A DNA stretch of 64,000 nucleotides from Bacillales bacterium UBA1624 (GCA_002321395.1 DCMK01000077.1:19598-83597), one strand, 5' to 3'; counted from the first letter of the stretch, positions 27,527 through 36,470 are shown. Numbers and translations: made by a program. The notes: generated by a model not told the origin, from the sequence alone.

Positions 27527-27844
27527 TTAAATGCCGGCTTTTTTGACTGCTTCTTCCTCTTTTTTCCTTAGGTAATCCGCCATTAAATCCGAAGGAATGT
27601 TATCGGTTTTAACGGCCATGACTCCCGGTACTTCTTCCATGAGGATAATTTCCACCCCGGAGGTGATGTCCTCGGAGGCGTAAAGGCAGCCGTTGCAGGC
27701 GCCGGTCATCGTCAAATAAACGATTCCATCACGAAATCCGATGTAATCAATGTCGCCGCCGTCCCTTTGCAAGAAGGGCCTAACTTTATCGATGGTGGCT
27801 AGAATTTGTTTCTCAATCGCTTCATCTTCCATAATCGTGAACAT
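27527..27844 (-). CDS. NifU-like Fe-S cluster scaffold domain protein (Nfu type)
   Basis: VRPFLQRDGGDIDYIGFRDGIVYLTMTGACNGC matches the NifU C-terminal/Nfu motif. Confidence 0.75.
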   Translation of the reverse strand: MFTIMEDEAIEKQILATIDKVRPFLQRDGGDIDYIGFRDGIVYLTMTGACNGCLYASEDITSGVEIILMEEVPGVMAVKTDNIPSDLMADYLRKKEEEAVKKAGI

Positions 27845-27923
27845 TTTAGACTTGCTTCGCCTCGTTGCAAACAGAACGCTTTCTTCTTTGATAAATTCCT
27901 TTCTTCACTATAATGCCAATGCT

Positions 27924-27941
27924 GAATCCTTTTAAGGATTC
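27924..27941. promoter_or_regulatory. Perfect 18-bp palindrome GAATCCTTTTAAGGATTC between the pepF -10 and RBS
   Basis: Read directly in the sequence. It lies 10-27 nt downstream of a TATAAT at 27909-27914 and 12 nt upstream of the AAAGGAG RBS. Confidence 0.35.
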
Positions 27942-27967
27942 ATGTTTCGTTGAAAGGAGTTTTTGTG

Positions 27968-29674
27968 ATGAAACAAATAGCCAATTTTGAGGACTGGCCG
28001 TTTAAGGTGCCGAACATCAAAAAGGAAGTCGAAAAGGAAAACGCCTTTGTCGCTTCTTTGGAAGAAGCCAAAAGCGGGGAAGAAGCCTACAAGATTTGGA
28101 AGAAACATGCGAAAGCTAGCGACGTTCTTCAAAACGAAGTGACCCATATCTCGGTCCTTTATTCCTTGGATACGACGAATAAAAAATACGAGAAGGCGAT
28201 GAACGTCATCAACGAGGGGATGCCTTTAGTCCAAGCGGCTGAGAATCGTTGGAACAAAGCCCTCGTGGACAGCCCATTCCGCCCATTCTTGGAAGAAAAG
28301 CTCGGTTCCTTCCTCTTCCAGATGTTGGATTACGCCCTTAAATCTTTCGATGAGAGGGTCGTTCAGGAGTGCATTCAAGAGAACAACCTCGTCATGGAAT
28401 ACGACACCCTGATCGCCTCTGCCAAAGTTCCGTTCCGCGGCGGCATCTATAATTTGCCCCAAATGGGGAAATTCATGCAGGACGTCGATCGGAATACGAG
28501 GAAGGAAGCCTCCGAAGCCTATTACGCCTATTTGGATGAGAACATCAAGGACAAAGCGGAGCAAATCTACGATTCGTTGGTCAAGGTCCGGACCGAAATG
28601 GCCCATAAGCTTGGCTATTCCTCCTACACCCAACTCGCCTATATCCGAATGGGCCGCTACGATTACAACGAGCAAGACGTTGCCGCTTATCGCGAACAGA
28701 TGAGGGAATTCGTCACCCCCATCGCCGCTAAAATCGCTAAAGCGGCCTTCAAACGGACTGGGATTACTTCTCCTAGGCTTTACGATTTAAGCCTTTCCTT
28801 CAAAGAGGGGAACCCCATTCCCAAGGGGACTACGCAGGATAAGGTCAACGCCGCGCGAAAGATGTACGAAGAGCTTTCTCCGGAGACGGGATATTTCTTC
28901 TCCTTCATGGCGGACCACCACGTTATGGATCTGGAAGCCAAGCCCGGTAAACAATCCGGCGGTTATATGACCTATTTCCCCAAATACGGAATCCCGTTCA
29001 TCTTCTCCAATTTCAATGGCACCAGCGGAGACGTGGACGTCTTGACCCATGAATTCGGCCACAGTTTCCAAGCCTATATGGCCCGTTCCATCAAAATCCC
29101 GGAATATCGTTCTCCTACGATGGAAAGCTGCGAAATCGATTCGATGTCCATGGAATTCTTCGCCGAGCCTTGGATGAACCTTTTCTTCGATGAGCCAGAT
29201 AAATACCGGTATGTTCACCTCGCGGATGCGATTTCCTTCTTGCCCTACGGGGTAACCGTGGACGAATTCCAGCATTGGGTTTACGACAATCCCGAAGCCA
29301 CCCCAGTCCAAAGGGACCAGAAGTGGCATGAATTGGAAGAAAAGTACACCCCCTATAAAGTCGCCTTGTACCACGAGAACGCATATATGTCGTCAGGCCA
29401 TCGTTGGCTGACTCAGTCCCACATCTTCGGGAGCCCCTTTTATTACATCGATTACACCTTAGCTCAAATCATGGCATTCCAATTCTTCAATTTGGATCGG
29501 AAGAACCACGCTCTGGCTTGGAAACGCTATCTGAAGCTTTGCAAGATGGGCGGGAAATATCCTTTCCGCACTTTGGTGAAGAAAGACGGGATGAAGGATC
29601 CCTTCGATCAAGGAGTCGTCGCCAAGAGCATCAAGCCGTTGCTTAAGGTTCTGAAGTCCTACAAAGTCGATTAA
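27968..29674 (+). CDS. pepF: M3 family oligoendopeptidase (PepF-like)
   Basis: HEFGH zinc motif (VLTHEFGHSFQAY); the AAAGGAG RBS precedes the ATG at 27968. Confidence 0.9.
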   Translation: MKQIANFEDWPFKVPNIKKEVEKENAFVASLEEAKSGEEAYKIWKKHAKASDVLQNEVTHISVLYSLDTTNKKYEKAMNVINEGMPLVQAAENRWNKALVDSPFRPFLEEKLGSFLFQMLDYALKSFDERVVQECIQENNLVMEYDTLIASAKVPFRGGIYNLPQMGKFMQDVDRNTRKEASEAYYAYLDENIKDKAEQIYDSLVKVRTEMAHKLGYSSYTQLAYIRMGRYDYNEQDVAAYREQMREFVTPIAAKIAKAAFKRTGITSPRLYDLSLSFKEGNPIPKGTTQDKVNAARKMYEELSPETGYFFSFMADHHVMDLEAKPGKQSGGYMTYFPKYGIPFIFSNFNGTSGDVDVLTHEFGHSFQAYMARSIKIPEYRSPTMESCEIDSMSMEFFAEPWMNLFFDEPDKYRYVHLADAISFLPYGVTVDEFQHWVYDNPEATPVQRDQKWHELEEKYTPYKVALYHENAYMSSGHRWLTQSHIFGSPFYYIDYTLAQIMAFQFFNLDRKNHALAWKRYLKLCKMGGKYPFRTLVKKDGMKDPFDQGVVAKSIKPLLKVLKSYKVD

Positions 29675-29684
29675 ACGGAAATAA

Positions 29685-29723
29685 AGGCGAACGGTTGAGC
29701 CCCAGCCCCCGTTCGCCTTTTTA
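29685..29723 (+). terminator. rho-independent terminator after pepF
   Basis: AGGCGAACGG...CCGTTCGCCT stem then TTTTAT. Confidence 0.5.
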
Positions 29724-29793
29724 TATGCGAAGGTCACCCCCCGCGCAATCTTTGGCTTGCCTTCTTGAAGAAGGAGGCAAAAGAAAGATAGCT

Positions 29794-30153
29794 TTACGGC
29801 TTTCCTTTATTTTCGGAGAGGAAGAACTCTTTCATTTGGAGGAGCATTTCCCTTTGGCTTGGTGTGAGGCCGCGCATATCCAAAAAATAGGTCGGGAAGT
29901 TCAGGTTGTGGGCGGTGGAGATCCGCAGGAGGCTTTCCCGATTCGTCCGATCCGGTTCGCAGATCCCTTTCTTCCAATTGTGAATGCTTTGACGGCTGAA
30001 CCGCCCTTCTTTGGCGATTTCCTCCAAAGACATATGGCAAACGCTCTCCAAGGCGGAGATGAGCTCGGAATAATCGATTTCAGGTTTCACAACAAAACAA
30101 TAGCCCCATGCGTTTGTTTTCGGGCATTCCAATATGTTTGACAAAATGATCAT
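29794..30153 (-). CDS. Small HTH (XRE-like) protein, putative regulator
   Basis: FSRQSIHNWKKGICEPDRTNRESLLRI is a helix-turn-helix pattern; 119 aa. Confidence 0.45.
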   Translation of the reverse strand: MIILSNILECPKTNAWGYCFVVKPEIDYSELISALESVCHMSLEEIAKEGRFSRQSIHNWKKGICEPDRTNRESLLRISTAHNLNFPTYFLDMRGLTPSQREMLLQMKEFFLSENKGKP

Positions 30154-30159
30154 TTTTCC

Positions 30160-30175
30160 TTTTGCTTTTGCAAAA
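30160..30175. promoter_or_regulatory. Palindrome TTTTGCttttGCAAAA just upstream of the RBS of the small HTH gene
   Basis: 6-bp perfect inverted arms, 7-22 nt upstream of the start codon at 30153 (minus strand). Confidence 0.3.
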
Positions 30176-30235
30176 ACAAATCAATGGTTAGCTCCCTTTT
30201 GTCAAATTTTGTTTTACATCGAATGTGCCCTTTTT

Positions 30236-32992
30236 TTATTTTTCGAACTTTTCGTTCAGGTATTCTTCGAAATAGGAGGGGTTTAAGCTTTCGCCCGTGA
30301 CGGTTTTGATCCAATCTGCAGGATCCCTCCAGTCCTCTTGCCAGTCTTTGAGCTTGAACCATTTCTGGATCAGGGAGAAATGCCCCTTTTCCAAGGAAAG
30401 ACCGACGTCGAAATCTTTTTTCATCTCATGAAGGAGCTGGGCTCCATAAAGATTCCCCAAGGCATAAGAGGGAAAATAACCGAAGGAACCATCCGACCAA
30501 TGGACGTCTTGGAGGCAGCCCTCTTTGTCGTTTTTGACCTCATACCCCAAATACTCCGCGTATTTCTTTCTCCATAAGCCAGGGACGTCTTTGCATTGAA
30601 TGACGCCATTGATCAAATCCTTTTCGATTTCGTAGCGGATAATGATGTGCAAGGAGTAGGTCATTTCGTCGGCGTCGCAACGGATAGGACTTGGCTTAAC
30701 GAGGTTGAGAGAACGATAGAAATCATGGTCGCTGATCGTTAGGAAGGATGGATCAAGCGTCTTCGCGCAGATTCGTTTCAGGAATGGGGCGAAGGCGGAT
30801 GAACGGCCCAAGATGTTTTCGTAAAAGCGGGAATGGGTTTCGCAGATGGCCATGCTGGAGAGCATTTCGGCGTGGTCTTCGTAAATCTGGCTTCCCCATC
30901 CTTGAAATTCGAGGCAATGCCCGCCTTCGTGGAGGATGGTGAATAGATTGCTTCGGAAATCGGAATCGTAATGGCAGGTCAGGCGGGCGTCCCCCTTGCT
31001 CAGACAGTCGGAAAAGGGGTGGAGCGACTCCGCAAGCGCGCCGCGTTTCCTATCGTAGCCGATGAGGTCGAGAAGCTTGAATGCAAGCTTCTTCTGCTGT
31101 TCGGGGGAATAGGTAGGGAACGATGGGACGCTCCATTTCTTTTGCGCCTCGACGGTCGTTTGGATTTTTGGGACCAGGAAGTCTTTTAAGGAGGCGAAAA
31201 GCGAATCGAGATGGGCGGAGCTTTCCCCTGGCTCAAAATTCCCAAGACAGGCGTCATAAGGGGTCTGCCCATCTTTTTTTCTCAATGCGGCCTCCTCCCG
31301 TTTCGCATCCACGCACTTCTGCCAATAAGGCAAATATGAACGGAAATCGTTCTTTTCTTTGCAGATATGCCACATCCGGTTGGAATCCGAATAAGCCTTT
31401 TGCCATTTTTCGAATTGGGTAAGATCGACCTTTTCCAAAAAGTCCATTTCCTCCGACAAAAGGCGAACGACTTTTTCCTGCCGGGGATTCAGTAAGCCGC
31501 CTTCCTTCGCTTTCCTAACTTTTTCGACGAAGTCTTTGTCTTTGTAAAGCCCGGCCAGGGCGGACTGGGCGTCTTCGATAAGTCCGCTTTCTTCTTCGAA
31601 TCCTGCCTCGGGGCAGATAGTTTCCAAGTCGTAATTCAAGACGGAGATTAGGTGACGCAGCTTCCTAATTCGGTCCAGATAGGGAAGCAAAGCATTCCAA
31701 TTCTCTTTCATGTTATATTCCTCCTGGTTGGCTTTTTTCCAACCTACGATCCCGAATATAAGCATCCAAACCCCTAAGCCAAGGATGAGGGTGAAAAAAA
31801 CGAAAGCCAAAATCAATAGAAACGGCCCTGACCAAGAAAAGTGGCAGTAACCGTTGATCAATAAGAACAAAGCGAAGGCCACGTATCCGGCTATGATGAA
31901 ATCCAAGCAGGACATCGCGGTTTGGAAAGGGAGTTTTCTTTTGCGGTAGACGATCCAGTTTTTGATGCATAAAGTCAAGCGAAATAGACCGTAAGCGATT
32001 TGGATGGACAGGATGGCGCTTACCCCGCTGGAGGTTTTGATCTCGCCTACGGCCGCCATTCCCAAGGAGAAAGGGGCCGAGAAAACGATCAGACACGCTC
32101 CGACGTAGAGGCATATTTTGCTTTCGCGGAGCTTGGCGATTTTCTTGTTGTGGATTTTCTTCTGGAGGGAATTCCGCCAAAGGAGGGAGCTGAGCCGCAA
32201 AGCGCCCAGGGTCAAATAAATCCAGCCAACGAGGCCATAGGCAGGGTTCTGTTCTTGAATCGCGGCGATACTCGACGAGAGGATCGTCAAGCCTGAGGCG
32301 CTGACCAAAATGTAATTGCCGATGCTGTGCTCGACCCCGAAAGAAACGATTTTCCTTATGCGTTCGATCATCTTCCCCTGCAACAGCAAAAGGGAAAAGA
32401 AGAAGTTTTGAGCAAAAAACAGAACCAAAAAGGAAACCCAACAAGCTTCTTCTAAAAGGAAAGAAGCCGGAAGGGCGCCTTTTAAAACAAGCCCCGGGAA
32501 CAAAAAGCAAAGGAGCAAAGAAAGGCTGGCGCAGCAGGAACAGAGCGATTCCGCCGCCATCGTGATCCTCTTTTTTCGATAGGGAAGGAAACGCGACAGG
32601 GCGATGAGAGCTTCGACGCTGAATTTCAAGGCGATCGTTGCGCAGCTCAGAAAGGCATAATGGGAGGAAGACAAAAAAGGAGAATAGGAGACGCTGAGCA
32701 ACCAGGGGATGGGGTAAAAGGTCTCGAAAACTCCGGTAAAGAAGCAGGCGAATCGTTTTTTCTTTTCCCTTTCTTCCCCCGAAGCGCCCTTTGCCTTCCA
32801 AGTGTAATACATCAAAAAAGCTCGGCCTAAGGCTTCTAATAAAAAATAGATGGATGCCCCAAACAAGGCGAGGAAATCGCCTCGAGGGGCTTTCAGCGCA
32901 AAGCAAAACAAGAATAAGGAGGTGTCCAAGGAAAAACCCAATCCGAGGAGCGCCAAGATTGAGCCTTTGATTTTGCTTGGCAGGTTATCCAT
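30236..32992 (-). CDS. Membrane-anchored M32 (Taq-type) carboxypeptidase: N-terminal polytopic domain fused to a metallocarboxypeptidase
   Basis: About 420 aa with at least 10 hydrophobic helices, then HEGGH (FTILHEGGHCLEF), DxRxN-like and GYFPSYALG M32 motifs; 918 aa. Confidence 0.8.
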   Translation of the reverse strand: MDNLPSKIKGSILALLGLGFSLDTSLFLFCFALKAPRGDFLALFGASIYFLLEALGRAFLMYYTWKAKGASGEEREKKKRFACFFTGVFETFYPIPWLLSVSYSPFLSSSHYAFLSCATIALKFSVEALIALSRFLPYRKKRITMAAESLCSCCASLSLLLCFLFPGLVLKGALPASFLLEEACWVSFLVLFFAQNFFFSLLLLQGKMIERIRKIVSFGVEHSIGNYILVSASGLTILSSSIAAIQEQNPAYGLVGWIYLTLGALRLSSLLWRNSLQKKIHNKKIAKLRESKICLYVGACLIVFSAPFSLGMAAVGEIKTSSGVSAILSIQIAYGLFRLTLCIKNWIVYRKRKLPFQTAMSCLDFIIAGYVAFALFLLINGYCHFSWSGPFLLILAFVFFTLILGLGVWMLIFGIVGWKKANQEEYNMKENWNALLPYLDRIRKLRHLISVLNYDLETICPEAGFEEESGLIEDAQSALAGLYKDKDFVEKVRKAKEGGLLNPRQEKVVRLLSEEMDFLEKVDLTQFEKWQKAYSDSNRMWHICKEKNDFRSYLPYWQKCVDAKREEAALRKKDGQTPYDACLGNFEPGESSAHLDSLFASLKDFLVPKIQTTVEAQKKWSVPSFPTYSPEQQKKLAFKLLDLIGYDRKRGALAESLHPFSDCLSKGDARLTCHYDSDFRSNLFTILHEGGHCLEFQGWGSQIYEDHAEMLSSMAICETHSRFYENILGRSSAFAPFLKRICAKTLDPSFLTISDHDFYRSLNLVKPSPIRCDADEMTYSLHIIIRYEIEKDLINGVIQCKDVPGLWRKKYAEYLGYEVKNDKEGCLQDVHWSDGSFGYFPSYALGNLYGAQLLHEMKKDFDVGLSLEKGHFSLIQKWFKLKDWQEDWRDPADWIKTVTGESLNPSYFEEYLNEKFEK

Positions 32993-33034
32993 GGTTTCAT
33001 CTTACCATTTGGAGGGGGCTTGGCGAGAAGGGAG

Positions 33035-33062
33035 GAAAAAGAAAAGCCCACTTACGTGGGCT
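33035..33062 (-). terminator. rho-independent terminator of htpG
   Basis: On the minus strand, AGCCCACgtaaGTGGGCT then TTTCTTTTT. Confidence 0.5.
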
Positions 33063-33067
33063 GAGGC

Positions 33068-34987
33068 TTAATGGAAGGCCTTCATCATGAGGGAATTGAG
33101 GTTGTCCACGAAGGCTTTTTTGTCTTCAACCTCGAACCCTTCCAGAAGAAGCGCCTCATCGTAAAGAAGGTTTCCGCATTTTTTGATTTCCTCTTCGTCC
33201 TGAAGCTTGCTGATGGCTTGGAATAAGGGGTGATCTGCGTTGATTTCAAGGACTTTTGTAGCTTTCGGTTTTTGACTTCCCTCCACATCCGGCTGCTCGT
33301 CGAGAACGCGCTCGGCGTTCATGGACAAACCCTCCTTAGTCGTAATGCAAACGGGGGAGTCTACCAATTTGCTGGAGAAAGCGACCTCATCGACCTTCCC
33401 TTTGAGGGCTTCTTTCATGTCATCGAGGATACGCTTGTTCTCCGCGGTGACCGCATCCAGTTTGTCTTTTTCCTCTTGAGTCAAGGAATCCTTGTCCTCG
33501 GAGGCGATGTTCTTGAAGGGGTGTTTATCATAATCCATCAAGGCCATCAAAGCGAATTCGTCGATTTCTTGGTCGCAAAGAAGGACATCAATCCCTTCCT
33601 TTTTGAACTTCTCGAGCTGAGGCAGCATCTTGATTTCGTCCATGTTTTTCCCGGAGGCGTAATAGATGTCCTTTTGCCCGTCTTTCATTTTGGCGACGTA
33701 ATCCTTAAACGAGATGGGCTCCTCGCTTTGCAGAGTCGAGAAGATCAAAAGATCCTGCAAATCGTTTTTCTTCATGCCGTAGGTGGAATAAATCCCGTAT
33801 TTGAGGTAATTCCCGTACAATTTGAAGAACTTCTTATAACGTTCCTTGTCGTTTTTCTGCAAAGAGATGAGCTTATCGAGGATTTTCTTTTCCAAAGAAG
33901 ACTCGATCTTGCTCATCAAAGGGGACTTCTGAAGCATTTCGCGGGAGATGTTGAGGGGGAAATCCTCCGAATCAACCAAGCCGCGGACGAATTTCAGGAA
34001 ATCCGGAACGAGCTCTTTGCATTTCTCTTGGATGAAGATCCCTTTGCTGTAAAGGGCGAGACCTTTCTCGTAGTTGGAAGAATAAAGATCATAAGGGGCG
34101 TGGGATGGGATGTAAACCAAGGCATCGTAAGAAACAAGGCCTTCGATATGGACGTTCAAAGAAACGAGAGGATCCTCGAAATCGTCGAATTTGCTCTTAT
34201 AGAATTGGTTGAGGTCTTCCTCTTTCACCTCTGAAGGATTCTTCTTCCAGAGAGGAACCATGGAATTGAGGGTTTTGTCTTCCTCAACCTCATGGGTTTT
34301 CCCTGGGATTTCCTTCCCATTTTCGTCCTTGTCGGGTTCTTGGGTTTTGACCAACATCTTGATGGGGTAACGGATGTAGTCCGAATACTTTTTGACCAAA
34401 TCCTCGATCTTCCAAGTTTGGAGGTAGGTGGAATAGTTTTCGCCGTCTTTGTCCTCTTTGAGGTGGATCTTGACGCAACTGCCATGCTCGCCCGCAAAAG
34501 AAGCGTCCTCGATGGTATAGGTATCCTGCCCGGAAGAAAGGAAGCGGTGGGCTTCCCCTCCCATGGGCTTGGAAACGACTTCGACGGAATCCGCGACCAT
34601 GAAGGCGGAGTAGAAACCGACGCCGAACTGACCAATGATGGATAAGTCTTGCGCTTTTTTGGCGTCTTCGTATTTCTTGGCGAAGTCTTTGGATCCCGAT
34701 TTGGCGATGGTACCCAAATCTTTCTCCATTTCCTCTTTGCTCATGCCGATCCCGTTATCAAAAACCGAAATCGTCCTGGCCTTATCGTCGACCTCAATGC
34801 GGATAACCCCTTCGGAAGCGGGGTATTTGCCAGCTTCGGTCAAAGAAAGGAAACGGTATTTGTCGATAGCGTCGCTCGCGTTGGACAAAAGTTCCCGCAA
34901 GAAAATCTCTTTGTTGGAATAAATGCTGTTGATCATTAAGTCGAGCAACTGCTTCGACTCAGTTTGGAATTCTTTTTCTTCTTTCAT
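33068..34987 (-). CDS. htpG: Chaperone HtpG (Hsp90)
   Basis: LLSNASDAIDK, NGIGMSKEE and GQFGVGFYS GHKL ATPase motifs; 639 aa. Confidence 0.95.
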   Translation of the reverse strand: MKEEKEFQTESKQLLDLMINSIYSNKEIFLRELLSNASDAIDKYRFLSLTEAGKYPASEGVIRIEVDDKARTISVFDNGIGMSKEEMEKDLGTIAKSGSKDFAKKYEDAKKAQDLSIIGQFGVGFYSAFMVADSVEVVSKPMGGEAHRFLSSGQDTYTIEDASFAGEHGSCVKIHLKEDKDGENYSTYLQTWKIEDLVKKYSDYIRYPIKMLVKTQEPDKDENGKEIPGKTHEVEEDKTLNSMVPLWKKNPSEVKEEDLNQFYKSKFDDFEDPLVSLNVHIEGLVSYDALVYIPSHAPYDLYSSNYEKGLALYSKGIFIQEKCKELVPDFLKFVRGLVDSEDFPLNISREMLQKSPLMSKIESSLEKKILDKLISLQKNDKERYKKFFKLYGNYLKYGIYSTYGMKKNDLQDLLIFSTLQSEEPISFKDYVAKMKDGQKDIYYASGKNMDEIKMLPQLEKFKKEGIDVLLCDQEIDEFALMALMDYDKHPFKNIASEDKDSLTQEEKDKLDAVTAENKRILDDMKEALKGKVDEVAFSSKLVDSPVCITTKEGLSMNAERVLDEQPDVEGSQKPKATKVLEINADHPLFQAISKLQDEEEIKKCGNLLYDEALLLEGFEVEDKKAFVDNLNSLMMKAFH

Positions 34988-35032
34988 TTTGTGTCCTCCC
35001 AATGGCTGCTGAGATAAAATGTAGTCACTTTT

Positions 35033-35059
35033 TTGGCACTGTCAAGCAAAGAGTGCTAA
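35033..35059. promoter_or_regulatory. CIRCE-like inverted repeat (TTgGCACTg-N9-GAGTGCTAA) upstream of htpG
   Basis: The right half-site matches the CIRCE consensus GAGTGCTAA 9/9, the left half-site 7/9, with a 9-nt spacer; it lies 46-72 nt upstream of the htpG ATG in the htpG/bioY divergent region. Confidence 0.4.
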
Positions 35060-35132
35060 TGGCTTGGACGATCTGCGGCCAATCGCCTCCAACGCATCGA
35101 CCTACGCACTGTTTTGGTTTAAAATTTCCGGC

Positions 35133-35729
35133 ATGGAACAAGAAACCAAACAAGAATTCAAAAAAGAAAAAACCAAAGGAAAACGCTTCGGTCAAACTTC
35201 CGTCCAAAAGATGTGCCTGATCGCGGTTTTCCTCGCTTTGATGTGCGTCTTGGCCCCGATTTCCATCCCCATTCAGCCCGTCGCAATAACCTTGGCGACT
35301 TTGGCTCTTTATCTTATTGGCGCGGTTTTCTCTTGGAAAATCTCCGTCCCCATCGTTTTGCTTTATTTGCTCCTTGGCTTGGCGGGGATGCCGATTTTCT
35401 CCAATTTCCGAGGAGGGCCCCAGGTTCTCTTCGGTCCTACCGGCGGTTATTTGATTGGCTATGTCCCCTGCGTGCTCATTGAATCTTTGCTGATTGGGAA
35501 ATTCAAAAACAAGCTCTGGATGTATCCCATCGCCATGGTGATCGGCACGGTGGTGCTTTATTCCTTCGGCACGGGCTGGTTTCTGATCTACGCGAACCCG
35601 AATTACGATTTCGCCAAAGCCTTGATGCTTTGCGTCGTTCCTTTCTTGCCGGGCGACGCCGCCAAAATCGTCGTTGCGACCTTTGCTGGTTATCGGCTGA
35701 GGAAATTCGCGGATCGGCAAATGGAATAA
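35133..35729 (+). CDS. bioY: Biotin transporter BioY (ECF S component)
   Basis: Five or six TM helices; GGYLIGY and VVPFLPGD BioY motifs. Confidence 0.8.
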   Translation: MEQETKQEFKKEKTKGKRFGQTSVQKMCLIAVFLALMCVLAPISIPIQPVAITLATLALYLIGAVFSWKISVPIVLLYLLLGLAGMPIFSNFRGGPQVLFGPTGGYLIGYVPCVLIESLLIGKFKNKLWMYPIAMVIGTVVLYSFGTGWFLIYANPNYDFAKALMLCVVPFLPGDAAKIVVATFAGYRLRKFADRQME

Positions 35730-35804
35730 CCTCCTTTGACGTTTCTGAAGGCGTCCCCAACGGTTCGGCGCCTTTTTGGAAACGCCCTTTTAGAATAAAA
35801 AAAG

Positions 35805-35832
35805 AAGCGGGGGGCCCGCTTCGGTTGTTGGC
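35805..35832 (-). terminator. Terminator of the tRNA operon (also closes bioY)
   Basis: GAAGCGGGGGGCCCGCTTC hairpin; on the minus strand it is followed by TTTTTTTATT. Confidence 0.55.
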
Positions 35833-35833
35833 G

Positions 35834-35920
35834 TGGTGCGGGTTGCCGGACTCGAACCGGCACGGGCTCATCACCCGAGGGATTTTAAGTCCCTTGTGTC
35901 TACCATTTCACCAAACCCGC
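35834..35920 (-). tRNA. tRNA-Leu (anticodon TAA)
   Basis: Manual fold: acceptor GCGGGTT/AACCCGC, anticodon loop CTTAAAA, long variable arm, T-loop TTCGAGT, encoded CCA. Confidence 0.85.
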
Positions 35921-36023
35921 GCGAGAGGATTCTACCACCGGAACAGTGGGGGAAGAACCCCTTTAACGAAAAAACGCCCAGCTCATTGCTAGGCTTCCTT
36001 CCGCATCCCCTACAATAAGGGAA

Positions 36024-36098
36024 TGGTCCCCCGCGTGAGGCTCGAACTCACGACCCCTTGATTAAAAGTCAAGTGCTCTACCACTGAGCTAGCGGAGG
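36024..36098 (-). tRNA. tRNA-Lys (anticodon TTT)
   Basis: Anticodon loop TTTTAAT; D-arm TAGCTCAGTGGTAGAGC; T-loop TTCGAGC; encoded CCA. Confidence 0.85.
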
Positions 36099-36102
36099 AT
36101 CG

Positions 36103-36177
36103 TGGCTGGGGTGACTGGGATCGGACCAGTGCATCAGGGAGTCAAAGTCCCTTGCCTTACCACTTGGCTACACCCCA
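36103..36177 (-). tRNA. tRNA-Gln (anticodon TTG)
   Basis: TGGGGTGTAGCCAAGTGGTAAGGC 5' half; anticodon loop CTTTGAC; encoded CCA. Confidence 0.85.
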
Positions 36178-36187
36178 ATAAATAAGG

Positions 36188-36271
36188 TGGTGGGCGAAGA
36201 TGGATTTGAACCACCGAACCCGAAGGAGCTGATTTACAGTCAGCCGCGTTTGGCCACTTCGCTATTCGCCC
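36188..36271 (-). tRNA. tRNA-Tyr (anticodon GTA)
   Basis: Acceptor GGGCGAA/TTCGCCC, anticodon loop CTGTAAA, long variable arm, encoded CCA. Confidence 0.85.
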
Positions 36272-36303
36272 ACTTGATCCGTCCGCGCGTCTTTAGCCCT
36301 AAA

Positions 36304-36378
36304 TGGTGGATGCTGCAGGTTTCGAACCTGCGACCCCCGCCTTGTAAGGGCGATGCTCTCCCGCTGAGCTAAGCATCC
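36304..36378 (-). tRNA. tRNA-Val (anticodon TAC)
   Basis: Acceptor GGATGCT/AGCATCC, anticodon loop CTTACAA, T-loop TTCGAAA, encoded CCA. Confidence 0.85.
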
Positions 36379-36405
36379 GCGGGGCGCTTCAAAACGCGCC
36401 TACGT

Positions 36406-36434
36406 ATAATACCACCCACAAAAAGAGAGTGCAA
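36406..36434 (-). promoter_or_regulatory. Consensus-like sigma-A promoter of the Val-Tyr-Gln-Lys-Leu tRNA operon
   Basis: Minus strand: TTGCAC, a 17-nt spacer, TATTAT, about 25 nt upstream of tRNA-Val. Confidence 0.5.
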
Positions 36435-36443
36435 CGGAAAAGA

Positions 36444-36470
36444 AAACCCCCTTTCAGGGGTTAAATTCTT
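36444..36470 (-). terminator. rho-independent terminator of pgi
   Basis: Minus strand AACCCCtgaaaGGGGTT then TTCTTTTCC. Confidence 0.5.

Noticed and set aside
31713-32906. 397-aa ORF on the minus strand in an alternative frame
   Set aside because: Out-of-frame overlap with the M32 fusion gene. Arg/Pro-rich composition typical of an off-frame artefact.
35923-36023. Possible additional tRNA in the 100-nt spacer between tRNA-Leu and tRNA-Lys
   Set aside because: No cloverleaf with a valid acceptor/T-arm could be folded. It is probably a processed spacer.
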